From positions 22,754,001 through 22,811,860 of the forward strand of contig NW_024704747.1 in NCBI RefSeq assembly GCF_018977255.1: 57,860 nt of DNA. The letters run 5' to 3'. The notes beneath the pieces were generated by a model. The model saw nothing but the letters and a program-made list of their open reading frames with translations. It was not told where the DNA came from and did no database searches. Made by a program: the position numbers and the translations under genes. Positions 34,301 through 47,005 of the stretch are shown here, piece after piece. Origin of the DNA: Callorhinchus milii (taxonomy: Eukaryota). Position 1 is the first letter of the stretch. Each line of letters starts with the position of its first letter.

Positions 34301-37300
34301 TGTTTTAGGTATCCTCCTGACGTGAAAAGCACTATATCAAATTCAAGGATTATTTTATTATTATTAAGTAGATTGTTAAATCATGCAACACTCTATGGTC
34401 ACCTTAGCAGAAAACAACTAATTCAGTACAGACTGTGATTCAAACTGTGAGCTTCTGGTCTGCAGCTTTGCAACCAATGAGCAATGCTGTCATTTTCATG
34501 AGGTAGCAAAGGAACTACTCTTTAAATAAATGTTATTAAAAGCCTAATAACATGTCCCAATTCGTAATGATTGATCTGTTTGGGAATACTGTGGTTTGTA
34601 ATCTGTAGTTATTTTAATGCTACAAATAAGCAATACTTACTAGTCTAACAATCACAGCAGCGTTATCATCAATCTGGCCAATATCGTACAGGAGGAGGGA
34701 ACAGCGTGACTGAAGCTCAGGTTCAGGGGACATCAGTAATTCAATAAGCTCTGGAATGATCTTAGCCTGAACAATACTGTGACAAACTAACTGATGATTG
34801 GATATATTACACAGCACAGCAGCAGCAACACACTGCAGTGTCTTGTGTTGGCTGCGTAACATATTCACGAGAGCAGGAATGCCATCTAGATGAGAGAATT
34901 TAAATAGTCAGCAAGAAGTACAATACAATCTCCTGAAACACTATAGGACTCCAGGACACGAGAAGCCATTCTTGACATAATCTACCCCTGGCTTACATTT
35001 AATGGATAAGACATTCAGTGGCTTCATGTGTCACAGTTACATTCATATTATTGCATATTAGAGGAGGCACTAATGAAAATGTCTAACAACTGCAAAGGCT
35101 GGGGCAATGAAGACGCTGAGACACATTCATACAAAAATATTCAATCCACCAAGAAATTCCCCTCCACCTCTGGGAAGAAATTGTTTTTGAGTTTAAATAC
35201 TGCTTTTAAGTTGTTGGTAAAAGGACATTAATGCTTTGTGATCATATTACTGCAGTATTACTGGATTTTATTGTGCAACCTATTATCAGAATTCACTGTC
35301 TCTGGTGCACATTACAAATGGCATTGTATAGATGATAACTTCTACAAATGAGAATAGTTAAATCTACTATCTATTTACTATCTACTCTATCAAAACCCCT
35401 CAAAATTTTGACCTCCATGAAATCTTCCCTTAACCTTCTGTGCTCTAAGGAGAACAAACCCAGCTTCTCTAGTCTCTCCACATAACTAAAGTTCCTCATC
35501 CCTGTTACCATTATGTTAAGTCTAATCTCCAAGGCCTTCCTAAAGTGTGGTGCCCAAAATTGGACACAATACTCCAGCTGAGGCCTAACCCAGTGACTTA
35601 CAAAGGTTTAACGGAACTTTCTTGCTTTTGTACTCTATGCCTCTATTTATAAAGCCAAGGATCCCATATTCTTTTTAACAGCTCTATCAACCTGTCCTGC
35701 CACCTTCAACGATCTGTGTATGTGAAACCCAGGTCTCTTTGCTCCTGAACCCCATTTAAAACTGTACCATTTATAATACCATAGTAGTACCATAATAAAC
35801 CCTCCAAAACAAAACAATAATAAATTGGTCATTTTCAATCCACGACTGTTTGTGGGACACTGCTGTGTGCAATTGGCTGCCATGATTCGCCCACAAATAT
35901 ACTGTCAATTCACTTTACAGTCTATTCTGTGAAGCGCTTTGAGACGACGAGAAGACGTGAAAAGCGCTATATCAAAATGCAAGGATTATTATTTAGTGTA
36001 TATTGCCTCTTCTCATTCCAAATGTATCACCTCACGTTTCTTTGCATTAAACTTCATCTGCCATGTGTTTGCCCATTTTACCCTCCTGCAGTCTGCTACC
36101 AATCTCCGCACTGTGTAGTACGATTTCCAAGTTTTGTGTCACTTGCAAACTGTAAAACTTTTGCTCTCTATACCCAAGTCCGAGCCATTTATGTATATAG
36201 TCCATCATTTATTACGCGATCATTAACACCAAGATTTAAATAGATCTCATAAGTACCTTATCAAAATGTTACGTTTGCTGATGGGGAATATTTTCACAAA
36301 TTTGTTTTCTCGCTTGTTGTAAGCTGGTATCTTTAACTTTTCTTACCTGCATCAATAATTGATTTCCAGTAAGTTTCCTTTGCCACACAAAGTACCTCAA
36401 GTGCCCTCACTCCCATTTCATTCCTATAATATTCAAAAGTCTCCACCATTCCTAGGGAAGAGTAAACAAGAAAATGGTAAACATCCATCTCTGCTTTTCA
36501 TACACAAACTAACTTAAGAGTAAGCAGATGTGTGCTCTGCACATGTGTTTATGGTACTTCAAATTATTAGTGGTATTACTTAAAAATATATAATAATAAT
36601 AATCCTTGCATTTGATATAGTGGCTTATCACATCTTAGAGAGGTCTCCAAGTGCTTCACAGAATATATTGTAAAGTAAATTGACTGTATATTTTGTGGTG
36701 AAACGCAACAGCCAATTGCGCACAGCGGTGTCCCACAAACAATAGTGGATTGAGTGACCAAATTATTATAATTATTTCTTAATTTCTTTTGGAAGGGATT
36801 ATTACCCCCGGAAAAGCGATCAGCCTATCGAGCAGGTTCCTACTTACTGCTAGGTAAATAGAGGCACGTGGAGTAAGGAAAGCTGCCCAACGTTTCACTC
36901 TGCCGGGAATCAAACCCAGGTCCTCTCGCTTGCGAGAGGATATTTTACATCTTCAGCTTTTTAATTTGTGCATAATTTCTGGTACATTATAAGAAATATA
37001 AAAAGGTCTAGAGAATCAATGAATGACAGAAGTAACAAAATCAATTGAAACATTCATGTAGCACTTTATTTACAGGTGAATTTTGCATTTTGTTGAAAGG
37101 AGAATGTTACGCATTACAAAATATTGGGAAAATATCGGCCCAAGTTGTTCCTCCCATTTGGTCTGCAGTAACCTCTGTGGATGTCAGGTGAGGTGTTTGA
37201 TTGTGCTCACAATCAAAGAGTGCATATTTTTTCCTACCATCATTCTATGTTAATGGGGAGAAATCCACATGTTAATTTTGAGTGAAAGCAAGTACATGCC

Positions 37301-40300
37301 TATAAGGAGGTTCCAGACTGGTAGCCCTGGCATATCCTGCTCAATAAAATACTTGAGGACTTCTGTGTGGAAGTACAATGCTGCTAAATGAATCAGATTG
37401 TTTCCTTTACTGTCCGTCTTTCTCCAGTTTGCACCAATAGATAAGAGGTATTGGAGCACATCAAGTGCACCCACCATGGCAGCAAGTAATAGTGGAGTTG
37501 AGCGATATCTAAAACAAAAATAACATTACAAATTAATAATGCTAACATTTAAGACTTAGTTGTATCAATCTTTGAAAATATATTACATCGGCTAATATTT
37601 ACAGTTTCCTAAAATAGGCAGTCTTGCAGTCTAATGTCTTTTGAAGATAAGCGGTCTTCAATGGAGGTGTGCACACATTTTTTTCCTGACGTTGTCCCAT
37701 TTTGGTCTATTTCTCTTGATAGCTCCTGTGTCCTGCAGATGGGATAGGTGGCCTATTCCCTTACTATTGTTTTAAGATCCGTCCAGTGGAAAATATATTA
37801 CATTAATAGAGAGGGCTAACCTAATGGGGAATCTAGCTTTCCCTCCCATGCGTCTACCTGAACAGGCAACTGGGACCTCAGTTTAATACCTCATTTGAAA
37901 GACGGTACCTCTGAAAATGCAGCACTCTCCCAGCATTCATGAACGTAACCCTCAGTATAGTATTTACTGAATAACATGTCTGCTTATCTTAAAATTATTT
38001 GACTGCTTCCCAGATGACATTGTAGCACACTTACTCAGCTGTTGTCTCTAAGTCCAACAAATTGGGATTTTTCCTATACAGAGCCCTAACACAGGGAATG
38101 TGGTCAAAAAATGCAGCAAAGTGCATTGGTGTCCAGCCTCGTCCATCAGTCTTCATGTAATCTGCCTGCAGGGCTAGGAGGCAAGTCAGTGCTCCCAATG
38201 ATCCACATTTTGCTGCAGCGTGAAGAGCAGTTGGTCCTGTAAACAAAGCAAATACTACTGAAACATAAGGCAAATTTAGAAAGCTACAACTTTCTATTTT
38301 AATAGGTAGAACAAAAGCACCACACTGTTACTTCCCATCGATGGGACTTAATAAAAACATTTCATGACCAATAATAAAGTCCAGTGCTTTGGGATGTGCG
38401 CATCTAAATTAATAATAATAACCATTGTATTTCATACAGCGCCTTATTACATCTTCGAGATGTCTCAAAGCGCTTCACAGAATATACTGTAAAGTGAATT
38501 GACTGTATATTTTGTAGGTGAATCGCGGTAGCCAATTGTGCATAGCAGTGTCCCACAAACAGTTGTGGATTGAAGTGACTGATTTATTATTAATTTTTTT
38601 CTAATTATATTGTTAAAACACTTAAATAAAATACCTAAACCTACAACAATCAGTTCAAATGTTAAAGATGATTTGTTGGTGTTTGCCTTACGGTCAAGAT
38701 AAATGGTATGGAGCCCTCGATTTTAAAATAAGTAATACATGAAAATATTTATTTAGAACTTACCAATTTTTTCCTCATTTATGTTAGGTGATCTATCTAA
38801 AAGTCAAAAAACAGTAAGGAATAAATTACTAAATAAACAAATTCAATCTTAAGAACACAAGGCAAAATGTAAAGGCTATTTGTTTGTTGTCTTCCAAATG
38901 AGGTAATTTTTCAAATTGTTGAATAATTTATTATTATGTAATAAAATAAAACATGCTATTGATACATAAGTGGCAGGCAACAGATAACTATACCTCCCAG
39001 ATGTGTTATGTGCATCTATTTGAGCCCGTGGTTAGATAGCTGGGCTTACTTGATTTCTGGTAATAGATGCTGCGACGTTGATTTAGTTTCAGGCCACTTG
39101 TAGCCAACTGATAGATAATTGGTGGATGGTTATACATGGCAGCATGATAAACAAGTGGATAACCAACTTCATCCAAAACAGCGAGATGAGATGTTGGATT
39201 ATTGTGGCATAATGTGTGAAAGATAGCAACAAGTCCACTATCAACAGAAGACAGGAGAGCTGTGGGCAAATTCTAAACAAGGAACATACAAAAAACAGGA
39301 TCATTTCATGATATTTAACTCCCTAGTACATTTTATTTAAAACTGATTTCCTCAACAATTCAGGAAAAATGAACTTGTTTATTCAGTGTATTTGTACCTT
39401 TGTGAGATGCTAATTGAATACGTTTCCACTTCCAACAGACGGGCACTTAGATCAGTTTTGCAAGACTTCAGGATTGGTAAAATTTATGTAACCACCCAGC
39501 AAATTAGAGACATGTGGACCTCATAGGGACCTCTAAAATGGTGTTATTAGCAGATCTAAGATTCATCTGTATTTTTTAACAGTACATAAAACACTGGTAA
39601 ATATGGATGAAGAAAGACCATTCAGTACATTCAGCCTGTTCAATTAGACTGTGGACTCCATACTCATAATTATGGTGACTCATACTGGGGGCTACTTTCA
39701 TTGTGACAGAGAGAGAAAAAACAACCCAACCTATCTCTGTTTTCATTGAACATAAATACACAGATTTCCAGCAGAGCCTAACCAGATAATCAGCAGTTAA
39801 TGTAGAATTTGTGAAAACGTCTGTCCCCTAGCAATTCAATGGAACAACAATTAATAACCTACATTTTCAGTACCTTGCACTTCATGGCCTTTTTAGTACC
39901 AAACTTTTTCTTTAACTGTTCATACAACTGTATATCACTTAATGGTAGTTTCTTGGATTTAAGCGAGGAGATTGTTTCACTCATGACTCCCCACCAAGGA
40001 GCCTTGTTAAAGTGTTGGAAGAAGGTTTCCAGGTCTACAGAGATTGCATAATAGCTGTAAAAGTAGAAACACAATATCACAGAAAGAGGTTTCAAACATG
40101 TTAATAGTGAACTGAGCCAATTGGAACAAAGCCACTGCATTTCCTTCCTTAATGTGCAAGTTAAACCAAACATGAGATATTGATAATGCATCATTTACAC
40201 ACTGGATTATGCAGTACTAAGCTTTTGGGCTGTTTCATGCCTGAGAAAAGACCCCCAAATTACAAAATGTTAGAAAGCAAAAGCAGCCTTTGCTGGCCTT

Positions 40301-43300
40301 GTGTGCTGAGATGTTTCATCAGTTGTTGTACTGATTTTGGTGGCAAATTAAATTGTTTCAGTTACAACCCAGAAGTCACAATTAGTGCAGCAACTTTCTC
40401 TAAATTATGTATTTTAAACATTTGGGATAACGAAGCAACACCAAATACAGTGAATAAATGCTGCAGTTATTATGTAAAGTATTTATACTGCAGCTGAATT
40501 ATCCCTTTTACCAGACTGTTACCTTTTTCCACTAAACTCCATAATAGGAATGGGAAATTGCCCCCTGTATAATACATCAGAGTGTAGCAGTTGATTCAGA
40601 TAGCTTGCTGCTTCAGTTTGGATATCTGTAGCGGAATCCTGCATCAAAACACAATAGTTTTATAGCATTTATTATTACTTACAGTTTTATAAATATCAAG
40701 AAAACAAAGGAATATTATAATAATAATCCTTACATTTGTTATAGCGCCTTTCATGTTGGGAGGGTGTCCCAAAGCGCTTCACGGGATATACTGTAGTGGA
40801 GTGACTGTGTGTTTTTGTGGATGTCTTGTGTTACCTCATTAACTTGCATTAAAAAAATGCGCGTGCATTTTCTTCTCCTTCCCTACCTTCTGTTACTAGC
40901 TCGTAAAGTACACAGCAGCAGAGATGCTAGCTGTTCACCTGTGCTTCAACCAAGTGGCAAGTTTATGTGTAAACTCAGGCAGTGAGTGTCATTTTATTGT
41001 TTAGATGGAGGATCAATGGTGCTTCAATCTCCTTATCCTAAGGACACTGAGTTTAACTGATGCTGTAGCTGAAGTCAGATAAGTACAAAAAATGTTCCAA
41101 AATAGATCAACAGTGAAACTAAATTAAAGAGAAAAAAGGGAGATTTACAAAGATTATTAGAAAATACAGGGTTGTAACACTGCTGAGTTAAGTAAAACAT
41201 TATAGACGAACAGGTAATAAAAGAGATTAGGGAAGCCAAGAGAGAGCATGAAAAGGGACATAGCAGATCACCAACAACATAGCACCTATCGTAGAGTGAA
41301 CTAAGGCTATTCCGATCAGCACCTATCAGTGCCTCCTCACCTTAGGCAATGATGGGAGCCAAGCAGGATAGCCTCAGTTTTGTCAATATCAAAATATAAT
41401 AAGAAAAAGTCATCAATTACTGGAGAAGTACCTTCATTTCTCTAGAAAAATATGTGATTGGAGGAGTTCCTAAATCAAATTCAATCCCACCATGCAGATG
41501 AAAATATTGGTTTGGTGGGTATGTAAAATGCTGACAACGGAAGCTCTCACCAAGGAGAAAAGGTGGTAAGATGCGATCAGTCTTTAGCTTTTCATCTGTT
41601 GAGAATTAGGGGGTAGAGAGCATTTCAATTATATTATGTAATGACAGTATGGATCCTACTCTCTACAGTTTATTAAGAGGTAATACTGTGCGTACAAATG
41701 CAGAGTCTCACAGATGTTCTAAAATTATATTTTGCACATATTGAAGCATCATTAGTCATTTTAAGTAAAATAATTGCATATCTATATTATCTTAACTATT
41801 CATGAAATTCCAAATGCCCTTTCATTATATGATTCATCATACACCAAGAGGTCTGTCTCTGTTCATAATTTAGCAAATTCAGTGCTGTGCATTAGTTAAA
41901 ATAACTGTTTTTTTGATTTAATGGGTACAACCCATGAAACAAAGTTCTTCTGGAGTTTTTCTGTGTCCTTACCAACAAGTGCTTTATTTCATCAGCTTGT
42001 GTTTTCTGCATTAACATCACAGTAAAAACTCTGCAGATAGATTATTAAATAAATTGATTGCCCTTGTTGGTACCTAATTCATATACAGAGCATTATTTAT
42101 GAATTTTGATGGCATGACATCAATTTATTGGTGATGTATTCAGACTTTCTGCTCTACTTTTATTTCTGGCAAATCTACTCTCTCCACAAGTCTTATGCAA
42201 CCGACCATATCATCAATTATTTATATCTGAAGGAAATTTAAGATTAACATTCCCTATATTCAGCCTGGTAATGGTATGAATACTATGGTAGAGTGTTCAT
42301 ACCAGGATCTGAAAGGAATCTCACAATCAATGTAATTGCAATTTACAAAGAAATTAGATTTCTTTTGTTTTTCTCTGCTGATTTCTGTTGTAAGTCTTTT
42401 TAAAAAGGCTCCTCAGAAGGAACTTGAAGGAGGCAAGAGAGGAGGTGAGGCAGAAGGTTTGAGGGATAGAGTTCCAGCGTGTGGGGGCAGGTATGCTGAA
42501 TGCCCGACCACCTTTGGTGGGGAGGGAAGTGCAGGGGAGCCGAAGCAGGCCGGTGTCCGCCAAGTGGAGGGAGCGGACTGAGACAAGAGGGAGAAGAAAA
42601 ACTGGACAGGTCGTCACTACACAATACCGTATACTTCCCGGTGACTTGTAAGCAGTGGGGTTGCCCTGGGGACTAGTGCATACTCCACCCTCTTGGCTGC
42701 AGCAGGTGCATAGTACAGAAGAGAGTAATAATAATAATAATAATAAAAACGTAACCTCAGAAGAAAATTATCCCTTGGAACAAAAATGTACGTTAGAAAG
42801 ATAATTTGGATTGATTTTTAAAAACGAGGCTTTCTTATCCTCTATTTTTAGTGTCAGACTAATTACTAAAATTTATCAAACAAGGTACTGTATTATAAAT
42901 AGCACATTTTACCTGAAAATGCAGGTAGGAACCTGCTCAGTTCTGGGACCTTTCTCTTCTTCTTTAGTCCGAGAAGAAGTGGCACAAGGAAGGCAATCAG
43001 TTTGAGGTAGGCCATGTTTTGTTGGATCTCTTCTTTCCTCTCAAGATAATTCAAAACCACTTTCTGTTGGAGTCCCAGTCTCTGTTGAAGTTTCTGGTAG
43101 ATTACTGGATCAAATTTGTCGTCTGTAAGCTGTATCGCATTATTGAGGGTGTAGGCTGTTTCATAGACAAAAATATTCTCATGCTGTTTGACATAGGTAT
43201 TGTGCAAAATTATTTGTAACAAAAAACTGTCTGCATACTCCATAAATAGTTGCTTCTCCAGACAGCTGTTGGGCTCATATGTTGGGTCAGTGTTTACATC

Positions 43301-44776
43301 ATCACTATATATTCCTTCAAAATCTGGGTCTGTTGAAACATCTGTAAGACCTAAGTTACAATTAAATATATTTTAATATATTTTAAAAGAATTGGAGGAA
43401 GTCAGACTTATTTGGAACATCAAAAATATAATTAATAATAATAATAATAATCCTTGCATTTGATATAGCGCTTTTCACGTCGGGAGGACGTCCCAAAGCA
43501 CTTCACAGAACACACTGTAAAGTGAATTGACTGTATATTTGTGTGCGAACGCGGCAGCCAATTGCGCACAGCAATGTCCCACAAACAGTCGTAGATTGAA
43601 AATGACCAATTTATTATTGTTTTTGGTTTTGGAGGGATTATTATTATTAGGCTCTGTGTGGAGTAAGGAAACTTGCCCAAGGTTTCGCCCTCTGCCTGGA
43701 ATTGAACTCAGGTCTCTCACTTGCAAAGCGAGTGCTCTAACCACTGAGCTACAGAACTCCACAATATTTACGCATTATTTACAATATTAAATGTGCCAGA
43801 TTTCTTTATTTAGCCTAAATTATATCTTTCATTATTCATATTCATCCATACATTTAATCATATTTATCATATATTTTAAAATAATGATTTTAATTATTTT
43901 AAAATAATGATTAAAAAAATAATATTTGATTCTACTAAACATTTTACAATCTGTCAGCTGTATCTAAAGCAATATTTCTCTATATAAGTGTTAAATTAAA
44001 ATAGCAATGAATTTTAATACATTTTTCAAATTCTTTAAGTGCAGAATGATAGCACCTTTGGGTTCTGGGCATTGAAATCACTGTTTGCAGGTTAAATAAT
44101 ATTCCTGAACTTAAATCCAAATATGATTGACCAAGTCTGTGTTTCACATTACTGTACCTGCTGCAAGAAAATCAGTAACTGTGTACTTCCTTGCTTGAGG
44201 AATTCCATTATTTTCTAAGTCCACATTGGCTCGCCACCATTCTGCATATCTCTTCCTTTTTTCCTTCGGAACACAGACTCCATGCCAAAGTGTTTTCATT
44301 GTGTAATCTACGTTTATCAAAAGCTGCCCAACTCGACTGTCATAATAAGCTGGTGGCAGAAGACACGTGGTACTGCAATCATAGTTGGCTTGGAAATGAA
44401 TAGATGGGATTTGGTTCAGGCTAAAAATTCCAATCACCAATTCCTTCAGAATTTGATGGACTTCTTTATAGTCCAAAGGAGCGTTTGGCTCTACTGGTGC
44501 TAGAATAACAATATTCGAATGGCTGAAGTCATTCATTTGGTTTATGAGTCCATTGGGGAACTCTACTGGAAGGCGAATCTCTTCACTGGTTTGTAGCCAG
44601 CTGCAGTAGGTTGCGGCGACCAATTCCTGAAGTTCATTTCTATCATATTTGTCAAAAAAGGCTTTTGTATTCCTTTCTACTGCAAGGGCAGCCAAGTAAG
44701 ACTCGTCAACTTCTTCAATTTCTTCATTACTATGTACACTTTTACTAGAGGCATGTTGAGAGGAAGACCTTGCCAT
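25314..44776 (-). CDS. ANKAR: Ankyrin and armadillo repeat-containing protein, ~1429 aa, 23 coding exons
   Basis: Exons (high-low): 44776-44158, 43350-42913, 41595-41432, 40638-40523, 40054-39874, 39272-39050, 38796-38764, 38236-38035, 37508-37300, 36451-36347, 34885-34641, 33851-33683, 32812-32571, 31948-31795, 31345-31184, 30931-30825, 29866-29744, 29369-29211, 28432-28315, 27514-27405, 27057-26861, 26758-26715, 25483-25314. Phases are consistent and total 4290 nt. Ankyrin motifs ([22 protein letters not shown]) are followed by ARM repeats (GAIPLLV, GIPPLV). Syntenic between OSGEPL1 and ASNSD1. Confidence 0.92.
29060..29170 (-). mobile_element. SINE 3' fragment
   Basis: Reverse of the SINE tail. 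Confidence 0.8.
30080..30480 (-). mobile_element. Old DeuSINE-family SINE (SacSINE1/AmnSINE1-like), near full length
   Basis: Reverse strand: tRNA-like head AGCTCAGTTGGTAGTACTCTTGCTTCTGAGTCAGAAGGTTGTGGGTT, central GTGCTGCATTGTCAGAGGTGCC..AAAGATCCAATGGCA, and the shared L2-type tail. Family name is from recall. Confidence 0.7.
35390..36200 (-). mobile_element. LINE CR1 fragment interrupted by a + strand SINE (~35790-35991)
   Basis: The reverse of AAGTGTGGTGCCCAAAATTGGACACAATACTCCAGCTGAGGCCTAAC encodes [15 protein letters not shown], the CR1 RT C-terminus. CR1-like sequence resumes after the SINE tail (WQMKFNAKK on the reverse strand). Confidence 0.82.
36590..36935 (-). mobile_element. SINE (with internal insertion/variant)
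   Basis: Reverse tail and body at 36590-36765; reverse head GTGGAGTAAGGAAAGCTGCCCAA..GGAATCAAACCCAGGTC at 36868-36935. Confidence 0.8.
38410..38590 (-). mobile_element. 5'-truncated SINE
   Basis: Reverse of the SINE body and tail. Confidence 0.8.
40716..40820 (-). mobile_element. SINE 3' fragment
   Basis: TAATAATCCTTACATTTGTTATAGCGCCTTTCA..AAGCGCTTCAC. Confidence 0.7.
42400..42590 (-). mobile_element. LINE L2 3' fragment
   Basis: The reverse frame reads [35 protein letters not shown], the L2 C-terminus. Confidence 0.8.
43433..43762 (-). mobile_element. tRNA-derived SINE, full length
   Basis: Close reverse copy of 20395-20719. Confidence 0.93.
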
Positions 44777-45029
44777 TCTCCCAGTTTAACCTACAAAATA
44801 TCAGTACAATTTCAGTACAGGGACATTATTTTTAATAGTTGGTTTAATCTTTGTTTACAGTGAGGCGTGTACACTTCATCAACCAATTATGTTCTAATTG
44901 ACTGTTTTTAAGATGATATTACATAAAAAGCTATCGATATTACAATGGCCTTTCAATCTGCATCTGTAACATTGATGTCAGAACAGTTTCCTACTCTCCT
45001 GAAGGTACTAACCCTTAAAAAGCCAACCT

Positions 45030-45690
45030 TTTCAATTTTCACAAATTTCTGCCTTATCTGTGACATGTTCTTCCTTGCAAGGATCTTTCATTGTTGCCAC
45101 CCAACCATGTGCCCACCTCTCTGACCATTCCTTGTTCAAGTCCCTCCAGTCCAGCTCCAACCAACCCACAGAAATGTGATTAACCAGATCAAAGTTATCA
45201 ATATCAGCCTTTATCATTCCAACCGTAGGTCACTGCCCCACTTCATCCTCCTTGCCCTTTATCCTCTGATGCCTTCAACACTGTTGACCGCGTAATCTTC
45301 CTCAACACCTCTCTTCAGAACATTAGTTGTGAAAAATTGGCAAGCAAGCAAAGTATCACAAGATCATAATAGGTACAGGTGAAGAAGGCCATGATCCCCT
45401 TTGATCTAAATTTTCCCGAATATCCTACCTAACGTCCTCCCATCACGCGATCAACTTTTTAAAAAATGAGTCCAGCATCCTGACCTCAATCACCCTGCCT
45501 AGCAATCTATTCCAATCCTTAATTAACCTCTTGGTTAAAAAAAATACTTCCTGGTGTCTGTTCTGAAATGGCTCTTTGCAGCTCTAAACATGTGTCCTCT
45601 TGTTCTGCTGTCTGGTAGCATCTGGAAAGAACTGTTCCGAGTTACTTTCTGAATACCATTTAAACACTTATATACCTCTAATAAGGTTTG
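45030..45690. mobile_element. Degenerate LINE fragments (L2-like ~45030-45315 +; CR1-like ~45370-45690 -)
   Basis: Pyrimidine-rich L2 RT-like text (GCCTTCAACACTGTTGACC), then CR1 antisense-like text (CAATCTATTCCA..AAATACTTCCTG). Confidence 0.5.
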
Positions 45691-45799
45691 CCAAAAGGAC
45701 AGGTTAATGTTTCCACATTGTCAATATGACAGTACGTATCCACACGACAGTATGTTTCACATGAAAGTGGCTCGAATGAGTTCCTGTTACTGGATCCAC

Positions 45800-46667
45800 T
45801 GCTGAGTTATTGGAGCCGGTGTAGTAACGTTGCTGGAGTCTGTGTTGTGTTGTACTGGAGTCGATCTTGTATTGCACTTGGAGGCTGTTCTCGCTTGTGT
45901 GCTGGACCTGGAGTGATGTACAGGTGCAGGTCTTAAGTTGTTGGAGCAAGTGATGTGTTGAACCTGTGTTTTGTAGTGTCAGAGCCTTTGTTGTGTTGGA
46001 GTCGGTGTTGCGCAGTGTTGTGTTGCTCTATCTTGTGGAGTGAAGATGGAGGCTGTGTTGTGCTCTGATATGTTGGAACCGGTGCTGTGAAAGTGAATGC
46101 TGTGTGTGAGGGTTGTGTGTGTGTGAGGGTGAAGGCTGTGTGTGTGAGAGAGTTGTGTGTGTGAGGGTGAAGGCTGTGTGTGTGAGGGTGTGTGTGTGTG
46201 AGGGTGAAGGCTGTGTGTGTGAGGGTTGTGTGTGTGTGAGGGTGAAGGCTGTGTGTGTGTGTGTGTGAGGGGGTGAAGCCTGTGTGTGTGTGTGTGTGGG
46301 GGGGTGAAGCCCTGTGTGTGTGGGGGGGGGGGGGGGTGAAGGCTGTGTGTGTGTGTGGGGGGTGAAGCCTGTGTGTGTGTGTGTGTGTGTGGGTGAGAGC
46401 CTGTGTGTGTGGGGGGGGGGGGGGGTGAAGGCTGTGTGTGTGTGTGGGGGGGTGAAGCCCTGTGTGTGTGTGGGGGGGGGGGGGGGGGGTGAAGCCCTGT
46501 GTGTGNNNNNNNNNNNNNNNNNNNNNNNNNNNNNNNNNNNNNNNNNNNNNNNNNNNNNNNNNNNNNNNNNNNNNNNNNNNNNNNNNNNNNNNNNNNNNNN
46601 NNNNNNNNNNNNNNNNNNNNNNNNNNNNNNNNNNNNNNNNNNGTGTGTGTGTGTGAGGGGGTAAAAC
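45800..46667. repeat. Minisatellite (GGGTGAAG(G/C)CTGTGTGTG.. units) grading leftward into degenerate TTGTGTTGCTGGAGTC-type repeats; contains a gap at 46506-46642
   Basis: Units are directly visible. His/Thr/Pro-rich ORFs here are artefacts. Confidence 0.85.
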
Positions 46668-47005
46668 CTGCGCTCTGTTGTGCTGTGAAGGTGAAGCTCT
46701 TCTCGCTTCCGGGACGCGGTTGCCCTGACGACGCCAATCGACCACGTGGCTCTGGGCGGCGGGAGGGCGGGAGAGGTCGAGGGAGAAGTTCCGGTTCCGG
46801 GGTCAGCGAGGAGCAGAGCGTTGAAGTTGAGTGACAGCGACAGCCCGGGGGGAGGGGAGGGGGGAGTGGGGGAGTGGGGGAGGGAGGAGAGTGACATCAG
46901 TCTGTATTGACCGAGTGTGTAACGTGGTTTCCGTGTGTGCAGAGCAGCGGTTGACCGGGAGTGTGTTCTCCAGCAGAGCCCAGGACCAGAGCGGCGTTGG
47001 GTGTC
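46668..47005. promoter_or_regulatory. Bidirectional CpG promoter for ANKAR (-) and the nucleotidyltransferase gene (+)
   Basis: - strand donor GCGCAG|GTTTTA at 46668/46667 (putative non-coding ANKAR exon 1). ETS-like CTTCCGG ~46706 and TTCCGGTTCCGG ~46789, X-box-like GTTGCCCTGACGAC 46719-46732, CCAAT ~46734, E-box CACGTG ~46743. Confidence 0.6.

Noticed and set aside
38692-38715. Alternative 24-nt in-frame microexon candidate in ANKAR
   Set aside because: Poor acceptor (aaaatcgag), and it does not restore the ankyrin Gly; the 33-nt exon fits better.
45933-46897. His/Thr/Pro-rich ORFs
   Set aside because: These are translations of the TG/G minisatellite spanning a gap.
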